Shown here: positions 17,340-28,307 of the stretch, in pieces
Layout of the letters: every line of letters starts with the position of its first letter
Numbering within the stretch: the first letter of the stretch is position 1
IMG/VR virus record: IMGVR_UViG_3300029305_000181
Location: 3,097 to 67,096 of that record
DNA length: 64,000 bases
Direction: 5' to 3' (one strand)
Origin: a virus
Lineage: Duplodnaviria > Caudoviricetes
The notes under the pieces: model-generated
What the model saw: only the letters and a program-made list of their open reading frames with translations
Database searches by the model: none
What the model was told of the DNA's origin: nothing
Made by a program: the position numbers and the translations under genes

Positions 17340-17717
17340 ATGATAACTTTCAAACACCGGGGTAACTTCTCTAAAACGACTCGTTTTTTAGAGAGAGCCA
17401 AAGAGGTCGTCAACCTCGGAGTCCTCGACAAATACGGTCGAGAAGGAGTTGCTGCTCTGGCATCTGCAACCCCTACTGATTCTGGTTTAACGGCTAACTC
17501 GTGGTACTACGAAATAGAGCGTGGTAGAGGCTATGCCACGATTACCTATAACAATTCGCATGTTAATAAAGGTGTTTCTATAGCCATCATTTTACAGTAC
17601 GGACATGGAACCGGAACTGGAGGCTGGGTACAGGGTCGTGATTACATCAATCCTGCTATCCAGCCTATTTTTGATAAAATCGCTAATGATGCATGGGAGG
17701 AGGTTACTAAATTATGA
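17340..17717 (+). CDS. HK97 gp10-like neck/tail component
   Basis: TPTDSGLTANSW...IILQYGHGTGTGGWVQGRDYINPA. Confidence 0.7.
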   Translation: MITFKHRGNFSKTTRFLERAKEVVNLGVLDKYGREGVAALASATPTDSGLTANSWYYEIERGRGYATITYNNSHVNKGVSIAIILQYGHGTGTGGWVQGRDYINPAIQPIFDKIANDAWEEVTKL

Positions 17718-20700
17718 GTAGATCAGTAGATGAAAGAATAGTATCGATGCAATTCGATAATCGACAGTTCGAAAGAAATGCCGCTACTAGTATGTCGACT
17801 CTTGAGAAACTTAAACAGAGTTTAAACTTTACTGGTGCTTCTAAAGGATTGGAAAATGTAAATTCTGCTGCTAAGAGCGTTAATATGTCTGGTTTAGGCA
17901 ACGCTGTTGAAACTGTCGCCGCTAAATTCTCAGCTTTACAAGTAATGGGAGTAACCGCCCTTGCTAACATAACGAATTCCGCAGTTAATACGGGTAAGAG
18001 AATGATCTCCGCATTAACTATAGATCCTATTAAAACTGGTTTCACTGAGTATGAAACCAAGATGAACGCTATCCAAACAATTATGTCCAATACTGCTAGT
18101 AAAGGCACAACTATGGATGACGTTACTAGAGTTATCGGTGAATTGAATACTTATGCGGATAAGACTATTTATAATTTCGCAGAGATGACTCGAAATATCG
18201 GTACCTTTACCGCGGCTGGTGTTGGGCTCGAAGAATCTGCTTCTGCAATTCAGGGTATAGCGAACTTAGCGGCTATGTCTGGTTCTAGTTCACAACAGGC
18301 ATCTACTGCAATGTATCAGCTTTCTCAGGCTATGGCCTCTGGCACAGTTAAGCTCATGGACTGGAACTCGGTCGTTAACGCTGGTATGGGCGGTGAATTA
18401 TTCCAGAATGCGTTAAAGGAAACTGCTAGAACTCATGGCGTAGCAGTAGATGAAATGATTAAGAAAAACGGTTCTTTTAGAGAATCGTTACAAGAAGGTT
18501 GGATAACGACTGATATTCTTACCGAAACTTTGTCTAAAATGACTAAGAGTGGCGCAGCTGAATATTTGTCCAACTTAACCGGCGTCGAACAAGATCAGAT
18601 AATTGCTGCACAGAAACTTGTTGCAGAAAATAAAAACGGAACAGCGTCTTATGATGAACTTGCTGAGAAACTTGCTGCCACTGGTAAAGTATCTAAAGAG
18701 CAGGCTATGGATATTCTTAAGATGGCTGATAATGCTGAAGACGCTGCAACTAAGGTAAAAACATTCACCCAGTTATGGGACACCCTTAAGGAATCCGCAC
18801 AGTCTGGTTGGTCACAAACTTGGGAAATTCTTATAGGCGACTTCGAAGAAGCAAAAGAGACATTAACCGAGATTTCCAAAGTCATTGGGTCGGTGCTTGA
18901 AGCGTCAGCTAAAGCTCGTAACGATCTACTTCAAGGATGGAAGGACGCTGGCGGTCGAGCTGATATAGTCGATTCATTATTTAATGTTTTTAAGGCGATC
19001 GGTAGTGTTGTTGCGCCGATAAAAGAAGCATTCAGAGACATATTTCCTCCGATTACAGTTAAGAATCTTAAAGATTTATCTGAAGGTCTTAAAAAGTTCA
19101 CCGAAAATCTTACGATTAGTTCCGATGTTGCCGACAAAGTAAAACGTATATTTAAGGGCGTATTCTCTATCATTGATATTGGTAGAAAGATTGTGGTAAG
19201 CGTAGCTGATGCATTTTTAAAGTTGGCTGGTTCTGACGGTATTGGCGGTCTTTCTAAATTCCTTTTAGATGCTACTGCGTCTCTTGGCGATTTCTTCACC
19301 TCTCTTAATGATGGTTTTGATGCCAGTGGATTATCTGGTTTTATGTCGACTTTAGTCGATTTGATATCCGATTTGATAGAAGGCACCCTCGGTCCGATTG
19401 AGAGTTTTGGCGATGCGATTGCGGCCATTGGCGGAGTTATTAAAAATGTTGCCAAATGGATATGGGATACGGTTAAACCCGTATTCGAATGGATTAGGGA
19501 TAACGTTTCCGCTGGCGATATTTTTGCAGGTCTCGCTGGCGGTGGTGTATTTGTAGCTGCTAAGAAAATAACAGGTTTCCTCGATAAGATTATTGAAGCT
19601 ATTAAAGGACTTTTCGGCGGAAAAGACGACGGTCCTAGCATTAAAGAGAAGTTGGCCGATCTTTTAGATGGTGTTAAAGACACACTTAATGCGTTTTCTA
19701 CCGGTATAAAGATAGGATCTATATTAGCTATTTCTATTGCTGTTGGTATTCTGTCTGCTGCACTTAAGTCCATTTCAGAAATCGATGTTGGGGCAGCTAT
19801 TAAATCTTTAACCGTTATAGGGGCTATGATGGGTATGCTGACATTAACAATGTCGACCATGACTAAGACATTGAATAAATTTGAGCCTAAAGGTCTCGGT
19901 AAAGCGGCATTCTCGTTGATATTAGTATCCACTGCAATTCTTATTTTATCATCTGCTATGGAGAAAATAGCTCAGTTATCTTTTAAAGAAATAGTTAAAG
20001 GTCTTATCGGTGTTGGTGGCGGTTTAATAATCCTTTCCGCCGGTCTTAAAATCATAGGTGAGACTAAAATCCCATTAAGTACTAGTATCGCGATGATAGC
20101 GTTAGCTAAGGCTTGTGAGATGCTCGGCGAAGCTATGCAAAAGTTTGCAACATTGACCTGGGAACAAATAGCTCGTGGTCTGTCCGCTATGGGCGGGGCT
20201 TTATTAGAGTTGACTGGCGTTATGGCTGTATTGCAGAAATTTGGAGGCTTTAAGTCTTTACTTAGTAGTATAGGTATATTTGTCGTAGTTCAATCTCTTG
20301 ATGACTTGGCCGCAGCTCTTAAAAGTTTCGGCGAAATGCAATGGGATGAAATCGGTCGTGGCTTAGCTGCCATGGGTGGTACCCTTGGCGAATTAGCTAT
20401 TACGTTAGGCGGTCTCGGAACATTGGCTGGATTTTCTAGTATATTCGCGTCTGGCGCGATATCTATAGTTATAACTAGTTTGGACGAACTTGCTATCGCA
20501 TTAAAAAGTTTCGGCGAAATGCAATGGGATGAAATAACTCGTGGTTTAGCAGCTATGGGTGGAGCTTTACTTGAAGTAAGCGGTTTTACAGGTGCTTTAG
20601 GTAAAATTTCTGGATTTTCGTCTATATTTGGAGCTGGCGCGATAGCTATAGTTATATCTAGTTTGGATGAACTCGCTAACGATCTTGTTAAATTTGGAGC

Positions 20701-23062
20701 AATGCAATGGGACGAAATAGGTAGAGGTTTAGTAGCCATGGGCGGAGCTTTACTTGAAGTAGCTGCTGTTAGCGGTGCTCTCGGTTATCTTACTGGTATA
20801 GCTGGAATATTTGGCGCTGGTGCTATTTGGCTCGCAGTTCAGGGTTTAAACGAACTCGCTATAAGTTTCCAGAAATTTGGTTCTATGACTTGGGATGAAA
20901 TCGGTCGTGGCTTAGCTGCTATGGGTGGAGCTTTACTTGAAGTAGCTGTTATATCTGGTGCGCTTGGCTGGGTCGGCGGATTAGCCGGCTTGGTTGGCGC
21001 CGGCACGTTGCTACTTGCGATTCAAGGTCTTGACGATTTAGCCGCAGCCCTTGAAAAGTTTGGCTCTATGTCCTGGCCTGAAATCGAACGCGGTTTAGAG
21101 GCTATGAGCAGGGCTATGGGCGAAGTGGCCCTTGGCGGTCTTGCTAATACCTTCTCTGGTATAGGCGCTGCCGCTATTGGCGAAATCGTAGAACCTCTTG
21201 CTAATTTAGCAGATTCCGTTAAGAAATGGTCTGATGTTACGGTCCCTGAATCTCTTGGTAGTCAGCTAAAGACATTAGCAGAAGGTGTAAAGGCATTCAC
21301 CTTTGGTGGTATGGGCGCTGGTGCATTAGCTGAAGTAGCTCCCGCATTAGGTATGTTAGCTGATGGCGTAAATAAATGGAAAGACGTAACGATCCCCGAA
21401 GGTCTCCCTGATAAATTCGATAAACTGGCTGTGGCGGTACGTAAATTCTGGGATGCGAGTGTTGGAGCCGGAGTATTGGCGACATCTGCTGGACCTTTCG
21501 GCGATTTGGCTGATTCGGTCAAGAAGTGGTCTGACGTTACCGTACCCGAAAATATCGAAAGCGATTTAAAGAAAATAGCCAACGGTGTCGGCGCTTTTAC
21601 ATTTGCTTTTGCCGGTGGATGGTCCTTAGGTGCCATAATCGAGCCTCTTGGAAATTTCGCCGGTACTATTAAGAAATGGGTCGATGTAACTGTTCCCGAA
21701 GGTATTGAAACTGGCCTAAAGAGTATAGCTAATGGCGTATCCGCATTTAGCTTTGCATTCGCTGGAGGTTGGTCTTTAGAAACTATTGTCGGACCGCTTG
21801 GCGATCTTGCCGGTTCAGTTAAGAAATGGGCAGATGTTATATTTCCCGAAGGACTCGGAGCAAATCTTAAATCGTTGGGTAATGGTATAGCATCGTTCGG
21901 TATGATCGGAGACATTGCACATATTCCAACGTTTCTTAATAACTTAGCGGATTCGATTACTAAGTTTACTACAATTTCGTTCAGCACTATAACCACCGAT
22001 ATTAGCAATTTATTCACAACGTTGAATGGAATCAGTGTTAATGAATCGGTCATTGCATCTATTAATAATTTCGGATCATCTATTACTAATGGTCTGGTAC
22101 AATCTATCAATGATGCTGCTTCTGGAATGGCGGTTGCTGGTAGCAGTTTAGTCGATGGTCTTGTAACTGGTATCACTTCTAAGAAGGCGGTTTTAAATGT
22201 CACCTGTGTTCATATAATGACTCAGATGCTTAATTATATTAATGCACGTGCAGCCATGTTCGAACGGTCCGGTATTTATATTGTCAATGGTTTGAACACC
22301 GGTATTAAATCTGGAGTTATCAAGATTAAATTAACGATCAGTTCTGCCATAGCGCAGGCCGTTACTAGCGCTCGTAATTATTACAAGTCTTTCTCTAGTG
22401 CTGGCGCTTATTGTGTGAGCGGTTTCGTGAACGGTATTATAACTAATCAATACAAAGCCGCCTATGCTGGTAGCGCATTAGCTGCTGCCGCGTTGAACGC
22501 TGCTATACGCAGATTAGGTATAAGTTCACCTTCGAAGGAATTCTATAAAGTAGGCGATTTCTCCGGACAGGGGTTTATCAATGCACTTACCGACTACGAA
22601 AGTACGTCTTACAAAGCTGGTTCTGCTATGGCCGGATCGGCTATTGACGGCCTTGCTAATTCTATTTCTAAGATTAAGAGCGCCATCGATAGCAATGTAG
22701 ATACCAATCCCACTATTCGTCCGGTACTTGATCTGTCTAACATTCAAAATGGAGCTAATGCCATTGATAGTATGTTCGCTAATCGAACTCTTGATCTGGC
22801 CGGTATTAATGCTAGTCATGCTAACTTTAATTCCGAAACTAATCTTAACGACGTTATATTTAAGATTCAGAAGATGAACGATGATAGCAATCGCAGCGTG
22901 GTTAATGCCATTACTAATCTTCGTGGTGACTTTGGTTCTCTGGTGGAGGCAATCGGTCATATGCATATTCGTATGGATAGTGGCACTGTTGTTGGCGAAC
23001 TCATTGGTAAAATTGATAGCGGCTTGGGTCGCATTGCTACACACAAAGGAAGGGGGATTTGA
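17714..23062 (+). CDS. Tape measure protein (1782 aa)
   Basis: Tape-measure domain (ELNTYADKTIYNFAEM...QASTAMYQLSQA), long Ala/Gly amphipathic repeats, followed by Dit. Confidence 0.92.
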   Translation: MSRSVDERIVSMQFDNRQFERNAATSMSTLEKLKQSLNFTGASKGLENVNSAAKSVNMSGLGNAVETVAAKFSALQVMGVTALANITNSAVNTGKRMISALTIDPIKTGFTEYETKMNAIQTIMSNTASKGTTMDDVTRVIGELNTYADKTIYNFAEMTRNIGTFTAAGVGLEESASAIQGIANLAAMSGSSSQQASTAMYQLSQAMASGTVKLMDWNSVVNAGMGGELFQNALKETARTHGVAVDEMIKKNGSFRESLQEGWITTDILTETLSKMTKSGAAEYLSNLTGVEQDQIIAAQKLVAENKNGTASYDELAEKLAATGKVSKEQAMDILKMADNAEDAATKVKTFTQLWDTLKESAQSGWSQTWEILIGDFEEAKETLTEISKVIGSVLEASAKARNDLLQGWKDAGGRADIVDSLFNVFKAIGSVVAPIKEAFRDIFPPITVKNLKDLSEGLKKFTENLTISSDVADKVKRIFKGVFSIIDIGRKIVVSVADAFLKLAGSDGIGGLSKFLLDATASLGDFFTSLNDGFDASGLSGFMSTLVDLISDLIEGTLGPIESFGDAIAAIGGVIKNVAKWIWDTVKPVFEWIRDNVSAGDIFAGLAGGGVFVAAKKITGFLDKIIEAIKGLFGGKDDGPSIKEKLADLLDGVKDTLNAFSTGIKIGSILAISIAVGILSAALKSISEIDVGAAIKSLTVIGAMMGMLTLTMSTMTKTLNKFEPKGLGKAAFSLILVSTAILILSSAMEKIAQLSFKEIVKGLIGVGGGLIILSAGLKIIGETKIPLSTSIAMIALAKACEMLGEAMQKFATLTWEQIARGLSAMGGALLELTGVMAVLQKFGGFKSLLSSIGIFVVVQSLDDLAAALKSFGEMQWDEIGRGLAAMGGTLGELAITLGGLGTLAGFSSIFASGAISIVITSLDELAIALKSFGEMQWDEITRGLAAMGGALLEVSGFTGALGKISGFSSIFGAGAIAIVISSLDELANDLVKFGAMQWDEIGRGLVAMGGALLEVAAVSGALGYLTGIAGIFGAGAIWLAVQGLNELAISFQKFGSMTWDEIGRGLAAMGGALLEVAVISGALGWVGGLAGLVGAGTLLLAIQGLDDLAAALEKFGSMSWPEIERGLEAMSRAMGEVALGGLANTFSGIGAAAIGEIVEPLANLADSVKKWSDVTVPESLGSQLKTLAEGVKAFTFGGMGAGALAEVAPALGMLADGVNKWKDVTIPEGLPDKFDKLAVAVRKFWDASVGAGVLATSAGPFGDLADSVKKWSDVTVPENIESDLKKIANGVGAFTFAFAGGWSLGAIIEPLGNFAGTIKKWVDVTVPEGIETGLKSIANGVSAFSFAFAGGWSLETIVGPLGDLAGSVKKWADVIFPEGLGANLKSLGNGIASFGMIGDIAHIPTFLNNLADSITKFTTISFSTITTDISNLFTTLNGISVNESVIASINNFGSSITNGLVQSINDAASGMAVAGSSLVDGLVTGITSKKAVLNVTCVHIMTQMLNYINARAAMFERSGIYIVNGLNTGIKSGVIKIKLTISSAIAQAVTSARNYYKSFSSAGAYCVSGFVNGIITNQYKAAYAGSALAAAALNAAIRRLGISSPSKEFYKVGDFSGQGFINALTDYESTSYKAGSAMAGSAIDGLANSISKIKSAIDSNVDTNPTIRPVLDLSNIQNGANAIDSMFANRTLDLAGINASHANFNSETNLNDVIFKIQKMNDDSNRSVVNAITNLRGDFGSLVEAIGHMHIRMDSGTVVGELIGKIDSGLGRIATHKGRGI
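20280..21190 (+). repeat. Five 183-bp (61-aa) TMP repeats FGxMxWDEIxRGLxAMGG
   Basis: Equivalent codons at 20324, 20507, 20690, 20873, 21056. Confidence 0.85.
21200..21950 (+). repeat. Five 150-bp (50-aa) TMP repeats KKWxDVTVPE
   Basis: Equivalent codons at 21221, 21371, 21521, 21671, 21821. Confidence 0.85.
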
Positions 23063-23775
23063 TGTATCACTCTATAATTATCGGGGATAAAAATACCTGG
23101 GCGGATTGGCACTTATTTCCCTCTTCCCGCCCTGTCTTTAATCCTCCAGAAGTAAAGACTAAATATATTGATATTCCTGGCGCTGATTATCAGCTTGATT
23201 TATCTACAGTACTAACCGGCGATATCGCCTATGGCGCTCGAACCGGATCACTTGAATTTATAGTCGATAACGGTCATGAGGAATGGTATAACTTATATTC
23301 TAAGATTTTAGACTATCTACATGGTCAGATTCGCAAAGCTACTTTAGAAGACGAGCCCTCGTATTACTATGAGGGCCGTTTCACTGTTAATGAGTGGAAA
23401 TCCGATCCGCATAACTCTAAAATCGTTATCGATTATAATCTTGCTCCTTATAAGTATGATCAGTTTACTTCTTTGGAAGATTGGCTTTGGGACCCGTTTA
23501 GTTTTGAGACTGGGGTTATACGAGAGTATAAGGATTTAGTTGTTGACGGAAGTCTGCATATGACTATTATTGGACAACGTATGAGTGTAACTCCTACGTT
23601 TATTGTTAAAACTGACGATGGAAATGGTTTAAATGTTAACTTTAATGGTGTGGCATATCATTTAGCCGATGGCACATCTAGAGTTGTGAATATTGTAACC
23701 GTGGAAGGTGAGAATAAATTAATTTTTACAGGGCACGGAACCGTTTCTATCGAATATAGAGGAGGTCGTTTGTAA
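23062..23775 (+). CDS. Distal tail protein (Dit)
   Basis: Follows TMP; PEVKTKYIDIPGAD...YYYEGRF...PYKY. Confidence 0.8.
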   Translation: MYHSIIIGDKNTWADWHLFPSSRPVFNPPEVKTKYIDIPGADYQLDLSTVLTGDIAYGARTGSLEFIVDNGHEEWYNLYSKILDYLHGQIRKATLEDEPSYYYEGRFTVNEWKSDPHNSKIVIDYNLAPYKYDQFTSLEDWLWDPFSFETGVIREYKDLVVDGSLHMTIIGQRMSVTPTFIVKTDDGNGLNVNFNGVAYHLADGTSRVVNIVTVEGENKLIFTGHGTVSIEYRGGRL

Positions 23776-25694
23776 TGTATAAGATATACGCAGACGATCA
23801 ACTGTTGTATGCTCCGCATCTCGCTAATCAGGGGTGCGGAGTTTTTTCTCCTAAACTTACAGTTGAGTTAAATAAAGCGGGTGAGCTTGATTTTACAATG
23901 CCGCCACAAAATACTCTTTATAATAAACTCAATAAACTGAAAACGATTATCACCGCGTATCAAAATGAGGAAGAGATCTTTAGAGGTCGTGTACTACATG
24001 ACGAAAAAGATTTCTATAATCAGAAGCACACCTATTGCGAAGGAGAATTAGCGTTTCTTCTTGATTCTAAGCAGAGACCTTATTCTAAGCCCGAGGCCAC
24101 CCCTGGCGATATGCTTAAGTACTATATTTCAAATCATAATGCCAGAGTAGATAATAATAAGAAATTTGAAGTTGGATATATCACCGTTAGTGCAAAAGAT
24201 GTAGCTACTGAAACGGTAGCTGTAGTAGAAAGCGGCGTGGCCGAGGCTAGTACCACGGTGAAAGCGACGGTAGTTAAAAATGCTCAGTTTGCATCGTATA
24301 CTAGTGGCGAAACTTCTGATTTCGGTACACGATACATGCTCGGAGCTTCTCATAATGGCGTTTCACCAACAGGTTATCCTACGAATAAATTTAATTTATG
24401 GATGAGATATTCGATCACCGTTCCTAAAGATTGTTACGTGCTCGATTTTACTGCAAAGTACACTAAAGTTTTTGATAGTGTTCTTGCCGACGGTAGTTCA
24501 ATACCTATGGCGACAAGAAAAAAAATCGTTGCTAGAACTTTATTTCGTTATTCGATTGGCTCCGCTAATTCGCCAGGTAGTTCTTATCATACTTTTGCCT
24601 GGAATACCGACACTCAACAAATGACAGGATGCGTATACGGAGATTTCTCTGCCGGTGAAACTATTTATTTATGGTTTCATTATAATTATGCTAGTCAGGA
24701 TCTTTGTTATGTCCAAGGCGTTACTATTACTTCTGTTGTAGGTACCGTATATGAAGCTGGATCTTCCGGATCGTCTGGCGAAGAAACGGAAAAACCGTGG
24801 TTCTCCAATGACGACTATTCTGATACTTTAAGCGAGATACAGGATAAATTAATCAGTAGATATGGCGGATATTTGAAGACTCGTACTGAGAATGGTAAAC
24901 GTTATATCGACTGGACTGGTGAATCTGGTGGCGAAATTAATCAAACTATTGAATTCGGTAATAATCTTCTTGATATTTCCGAGCATATCACTGCTGAAAA
25001 TATTTATACGATAATCATACCGATTGGCGCAACTATATACGATAGTGAAGGTAATGCACAAGGTAAACTTAATATTTCGTCTGTTAACTCCGGAAAAGAT
25101 TATATCGAAAACGCTACGGCTATATCACTTTTCGGGCGAATAGAAGAAAAAGTTGAGTGGTCCGAAGTAGAGGATGCCTCGCAATTAAAGAATCTAGGCA
25201 CGAATACACTAAGTAAAAACATCGAAGCTTCTGTAACTTTAGACATAAAGGCTATCGATTTATATTTACTTAATGCTGACGCCGAACGTATTCATGTCGG
25301 CGATCTTGTGCGAGTTATATCTCTACCTCATAATTTGAATGCGTTATTCCAGTGCACAAAGATCGTATACGACATGACTAGTCCCGAGAATACGGAATAT
25401 ATATTCGGTATTCCTCCGGAAAGTATAACAGATAAACAGACCAACGGTGAAAAACAAATACGTAGTTCAGCTACAGTAGCTCAGACTGCCGTTGGTATGG
25501 CTAGTAGTAGCGCTAGTGCGGCAGCCCAAGCTAATGCAAGCGCTCAGTATGTAGTTGCTCAACTACCTAGCGAATACGTTCAAACTTCTGTATTCGAGGC
25601 GTATAAAAGCAATATCGAAGCGAACTATGTAACCCAAGCAGTTTTTAATACTCTTGTTGCTAGAGTAGAAACCTTAGAAGGAGGTACGACGTAA
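23775..25694 (+). CDS. Tail-associated (Tal/hub, endopeptidase-tail-like) protein with an internal inserted domain
   Basis: PKLTVELNKAGELDF, GGYLKTR, IEFGNNLLD, TIIIPIG, IHVGDLVRV motifs; about 195 extra aa at about 24200-24790. Confidence 0.75.
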   Translation: MYKIYADDQLLYAPHLANQGCGVFSPKLTVELNKAGELDFTMPPQNTLYNKLNKLKTIITAYQNEEEIFRGRVLHDEKDFYNQKHTYCEGELAFLLDSKQRPYSKPEATPGDMLKYYISNHNARVDNNKKFEVGYITVSAKDVATETVAVVESGVAEASTTVKATVVKNAQFASYTSGETSDFGTRYMLGASHNGVSPTGYPTNKFNLWMRYSITVPKDCYVLDFTAKYTKVFDSVLADGSSIPMATRKKIVARTLFRYSIGSANSPGSSYHTFAWNTDTQQMTGCVYGDFSAGETIYLWFHYNYASQDLCYVQGVTITSVVGTVYEAGSSGSSGEETEKPWFSNDDYSDTLSEIQDKLISRYGGYLKTRTENGKRYIDWTGESGGEINQTIEFGNNLLDISEHITAENIYTIIIPIGATIYDSEGNAQGKLNISSVNSGKDYIENATAISLFGRIEEKVEWSEVEDASQLKNLGTNTLSKNIEASVTLDIKAIDLYLLNADAERIHVGDLVRVISLPHNLNALFQCTKIVYDMTSPENTEYIFGIPPESITDKQTNGEKQIRSSATVAQTAVGMASSSASAAAQANASAQYVVAQLPSEYVQTSVFEAYKSNIEANYVTQAVFNTLVARVETLEGGTT

Positions 25695-27643
25695 TGGCTG
25701 ATGTTCAGAAGTTATTAAAAAATATTTTGTCGGCTGTATACGGCAAAGACGTTAGACAGTCGATTCATGACGCTATTAAACAGTGTTACTATGACGGTAA
25801 AGCTGGTGGTAACGATCTGGAGGCCAGAGATCGTGCCGCTGCGGCTGAAGCCAGAATGGACACTTTCACTAAGTTAGCAGCCGGTAGTACGACTGGCGAC
25901 GCTGAATTAATTGATATTCGAGTCGGTCTCGATGGTAAGACTTATGCTAATGCTGGTACTGCTGTTCGTGAACAAATTCGAGATACACATGTGATTGAGG
26001 TTTCGGAGACTGAGCCTACTCGTGACAATACTCAGGTATGGATCAACCCTAAGGAATATGAATCGTTTAGACTCCCAGAGATTAAGGACGATATCGTTAA
26101 TGGTGAAGATACTTGGAGTAGTACTAAGATTAAGTCGGAATTTTCAGTATTTTCCGAATTGTGCGAGAGCGGCGCAAAAAACGGTATTATCAATGTTAAT
26201 TACGTTGATACGGTAAATAAAACAGATTACGGAATCAGTAAATGTACTAGCTTGTTAGCAACACCATCTCAGGCTTATAGTAATGGTTTCATTGCTATCG
26301 GCGATATTTTAGTTCGTGGTTTTGAACTTAAGGCAGGAACTACGACTACGAATTTTACTTTGTTTGTTTTTGAAGCTGACGGATCTCTTGTAGAAACGTA
26401 TTCCGATATTACACCCTCTATTGAGAAAAATGTAGCGACTTTTGATATACCGATCGAACTTCAAAATGGTCAATATATGTTGATTCGTTTCCTTAATGGT
26501 AATGGTTTTTATGAAAAAATTGGTTCGTCTTCGTTGAAGGAATATCAGCCGGGTACAGGTTCCCTTATAAATTCTCCTATTAAACTGGGTATCGAATTTA
26601 TATATTCTACTAAAGGCTATAAATTCAGTACGTCTACTATGAAACTTAGTGATTATATTCTTCCGAAGTGTTTTAGTGTAGAAGGAGAGTACACGTATAT
26701 CGGAAGGTGGTTTGATAAGACGATCGATGGTGTTAGTAGAAAATGTACTAATGCTGATGGTAGCGGTATTTTGTTTAAAGTCAACGGTGCTAATGCGATT
26801 AATGTCGGTTTATACAGCATAACCGAACCTGCTTACACTCCGTATTTTGCTTATAGCATCGACGGCGCTCCGTTCATTAGACAGAAAATAAACAATACGA
26901 CTATTACTTTACCTGATAATAACGAGCATATAATTTGGATCATAGTAGATGGTATGGGCGAAAACGATCCGGTGCCCGGTGGTAAATGGTATGGTTCTGT
27001 CGGTGTTTATTTTGCTGGAATCACTAACGGCACTAAGACTGCGCTTTCGTATAGTAATCGTAATATCATGTTTATTGGCGATTCTATCGTTGAGGGTATC
27101 AATGTTCTTGGTGCTGGCGCAAACGCGGACGTTAACAGCGCAACTAATGGATTCGCATTTAAGACAGCACGTATGCTTAACGCCGTTCCGCTTATGTGCG
27201 GTTATGGCGGTACTGCTGTACTCGGAAATTCTTCTTTCCATAAACCGATAGAAGCTATCGATTATAATATGAACGGGGTTCCTGTCAACGAACAGCATCC
27301 AGACGTTATTGTTATCGAGCATGGTTACAATGACGGAACTCTTGTTACTTCTGGTGCTTATACCTCTACCGATTTTACTAATGCTTATAATGAGCTTATC
27401 GATAGAATAAAGGTGAAGTATCCTGGTGTACCGATCGTTTGTATGATTCCGTTTAAACAGTCGCTTGCAAATGAAATACGCGAATGCGCTAATTCCAGAA
27501 GTTATTGTTATATTATCGAAACATCTGATTGGGGTGTTAGTTATACAGATGACGCACATCCTAATATTGCTGGTTCTGATATCGCCGCTGTAAAATTAGC
27601 GAAATCGATTGTTGATATTTTCGGCAATATGTATTTTTGTTGA
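25694..27643 (+). CDS. Baseplate/tail protein with C-terminal SGNH/GDSL hydrolase
   Basis: N-terminal AVYGKDVRQSIHD...AELIDIRVG; C-terminal FIGDSIVEG, IEHGYND, DDAHPN blocks. Confidence 0.8.
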   Translation: MADVQKLLKNILSAVYGKDVRQSIHDAIKQCYYDGKAGGNDLEARDRAAAAEARMDTFTKLAAGSTTGDAELIDIRVGLDGKTYANAGTAVREQIRDTHVIEVSETEPTRDNTQVWINPKEYESFRLPEIKDDIVNGEDTWSSTKIKSEFSVFSELCESGAKNGIINVNYVDTVNKTDYGISKCTSLLATPSQAYSNGFIAIGDILVRGFELKAGTTTTNFTLFVFEADGSLVETYSDITPSIEKNVATFDIPIELQNGQYMLIRFLNGNGFYEKIGSSSLKEYQPGTGSLINSPIKLGIEFIYSTKGYKFSTSTMKLSDYILPKCFSVEGEYTYIGRWFDKTIDGVSRKCTNADGSGILFKVNGANAINVGLYSITEPAYTPYFAYSIDGAPFIRQKINNTTITLPDNNEHIIWIIVDGMGENDPVPGGKWYGSVGVYFAGITNGTKTALSYSNRNIMFIGDSIVEGINVLGAGANADVNSATNGFAFKTARMLNAVPLMCGYGGTAVLGNSSFHKPIEAIDYNMNGVPVNEQHPDVIVIEHGYNDGTLVTSGAYTSTDFTNAYNELIDRIKVKYPGVPIVCMIPFKQSLANEIRECANSRSYCYIIETSDWGVSYTDDAHPNIAGSDIAAVKLAKSIVDIFGNMYFC

Positions 27644-27659
27644 ACGGAGGATCATGTAA

Positions 27660-28307
27660 ATGAGAGAATTTAATACTGCCGTAGTTAGAGTTAAAGACGA
27701 TAGTGGTGGTTATAAAAGTTTATCCGCTTTGCGTGGTGAGTCTTCTTATGCTATAGCGGTTCAAAATGGTTTCGAAGGTACCGAAGAAGAATGGATGGAA
27801 TCTATCATCGGCGACGGTTGGATTGGTGCATTTCAGGACTTAGAAGTGCAGGTCAACAACGCCCAGGCTGCGGCTGACAAGGCTCAGGAAACGGCTGATA
27901 ATAACCAGTTGATAATCGAGAAAGAAGTAACTACTCTTATAACTCGTTCTAGGCTTGCCAAAGATGCGTTGTATAGTCCGATCAAATATGCGAACGAAGA
28001 TAGACTGATTACCGATGCGGATTTGGGCTACACACTAATGTCGACCAGCCGAGTTACTTTGACGGTATCAGCCGGGGATCTTATAGCGCTGCCAAATGGT
28101 TCAGAAATAGCGATTTGCAGTTGGACTACCAACGGAATGTATGTGAAATTTACCGGAACTACAGTTCCCTGCCACGTAGACGAGGGAAGACTCAGGACTG
28201 CAGATGATGCCGATGTGACTATCAAAATACCGTGTTACGGAATGATAGCGCTGAAGAAAATGTCTTCCACATCTTATCTGGTCACCGGTAACGTGGAGGT
28301 GGTGTAA
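27660..28307 (+). CDS. Minor tail protein
   Basis: GESSYAIAVQNGFEGTEEEW motif typical of tail proteins; synteny. Confidence 0.55.
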   Translation: MREFNTAVVRVKDDSGGYKSLSALRGESSYAIAVQNGFEGTEEEWMESIIGDGWIGAFQDLEVQVNNAQAAADKAQETADNNQLIIEKEVTTLITRSRLAKDALYSPIKYANEDRLITDADLGYTLMSTSRVTLTVSAGDLIALPNGSEIAICSWTTNGMYVKFTGTTVPCHVDEGRLRTADDADVTIKIPCYGMIALKKMSSTSYLVTGNVEVV

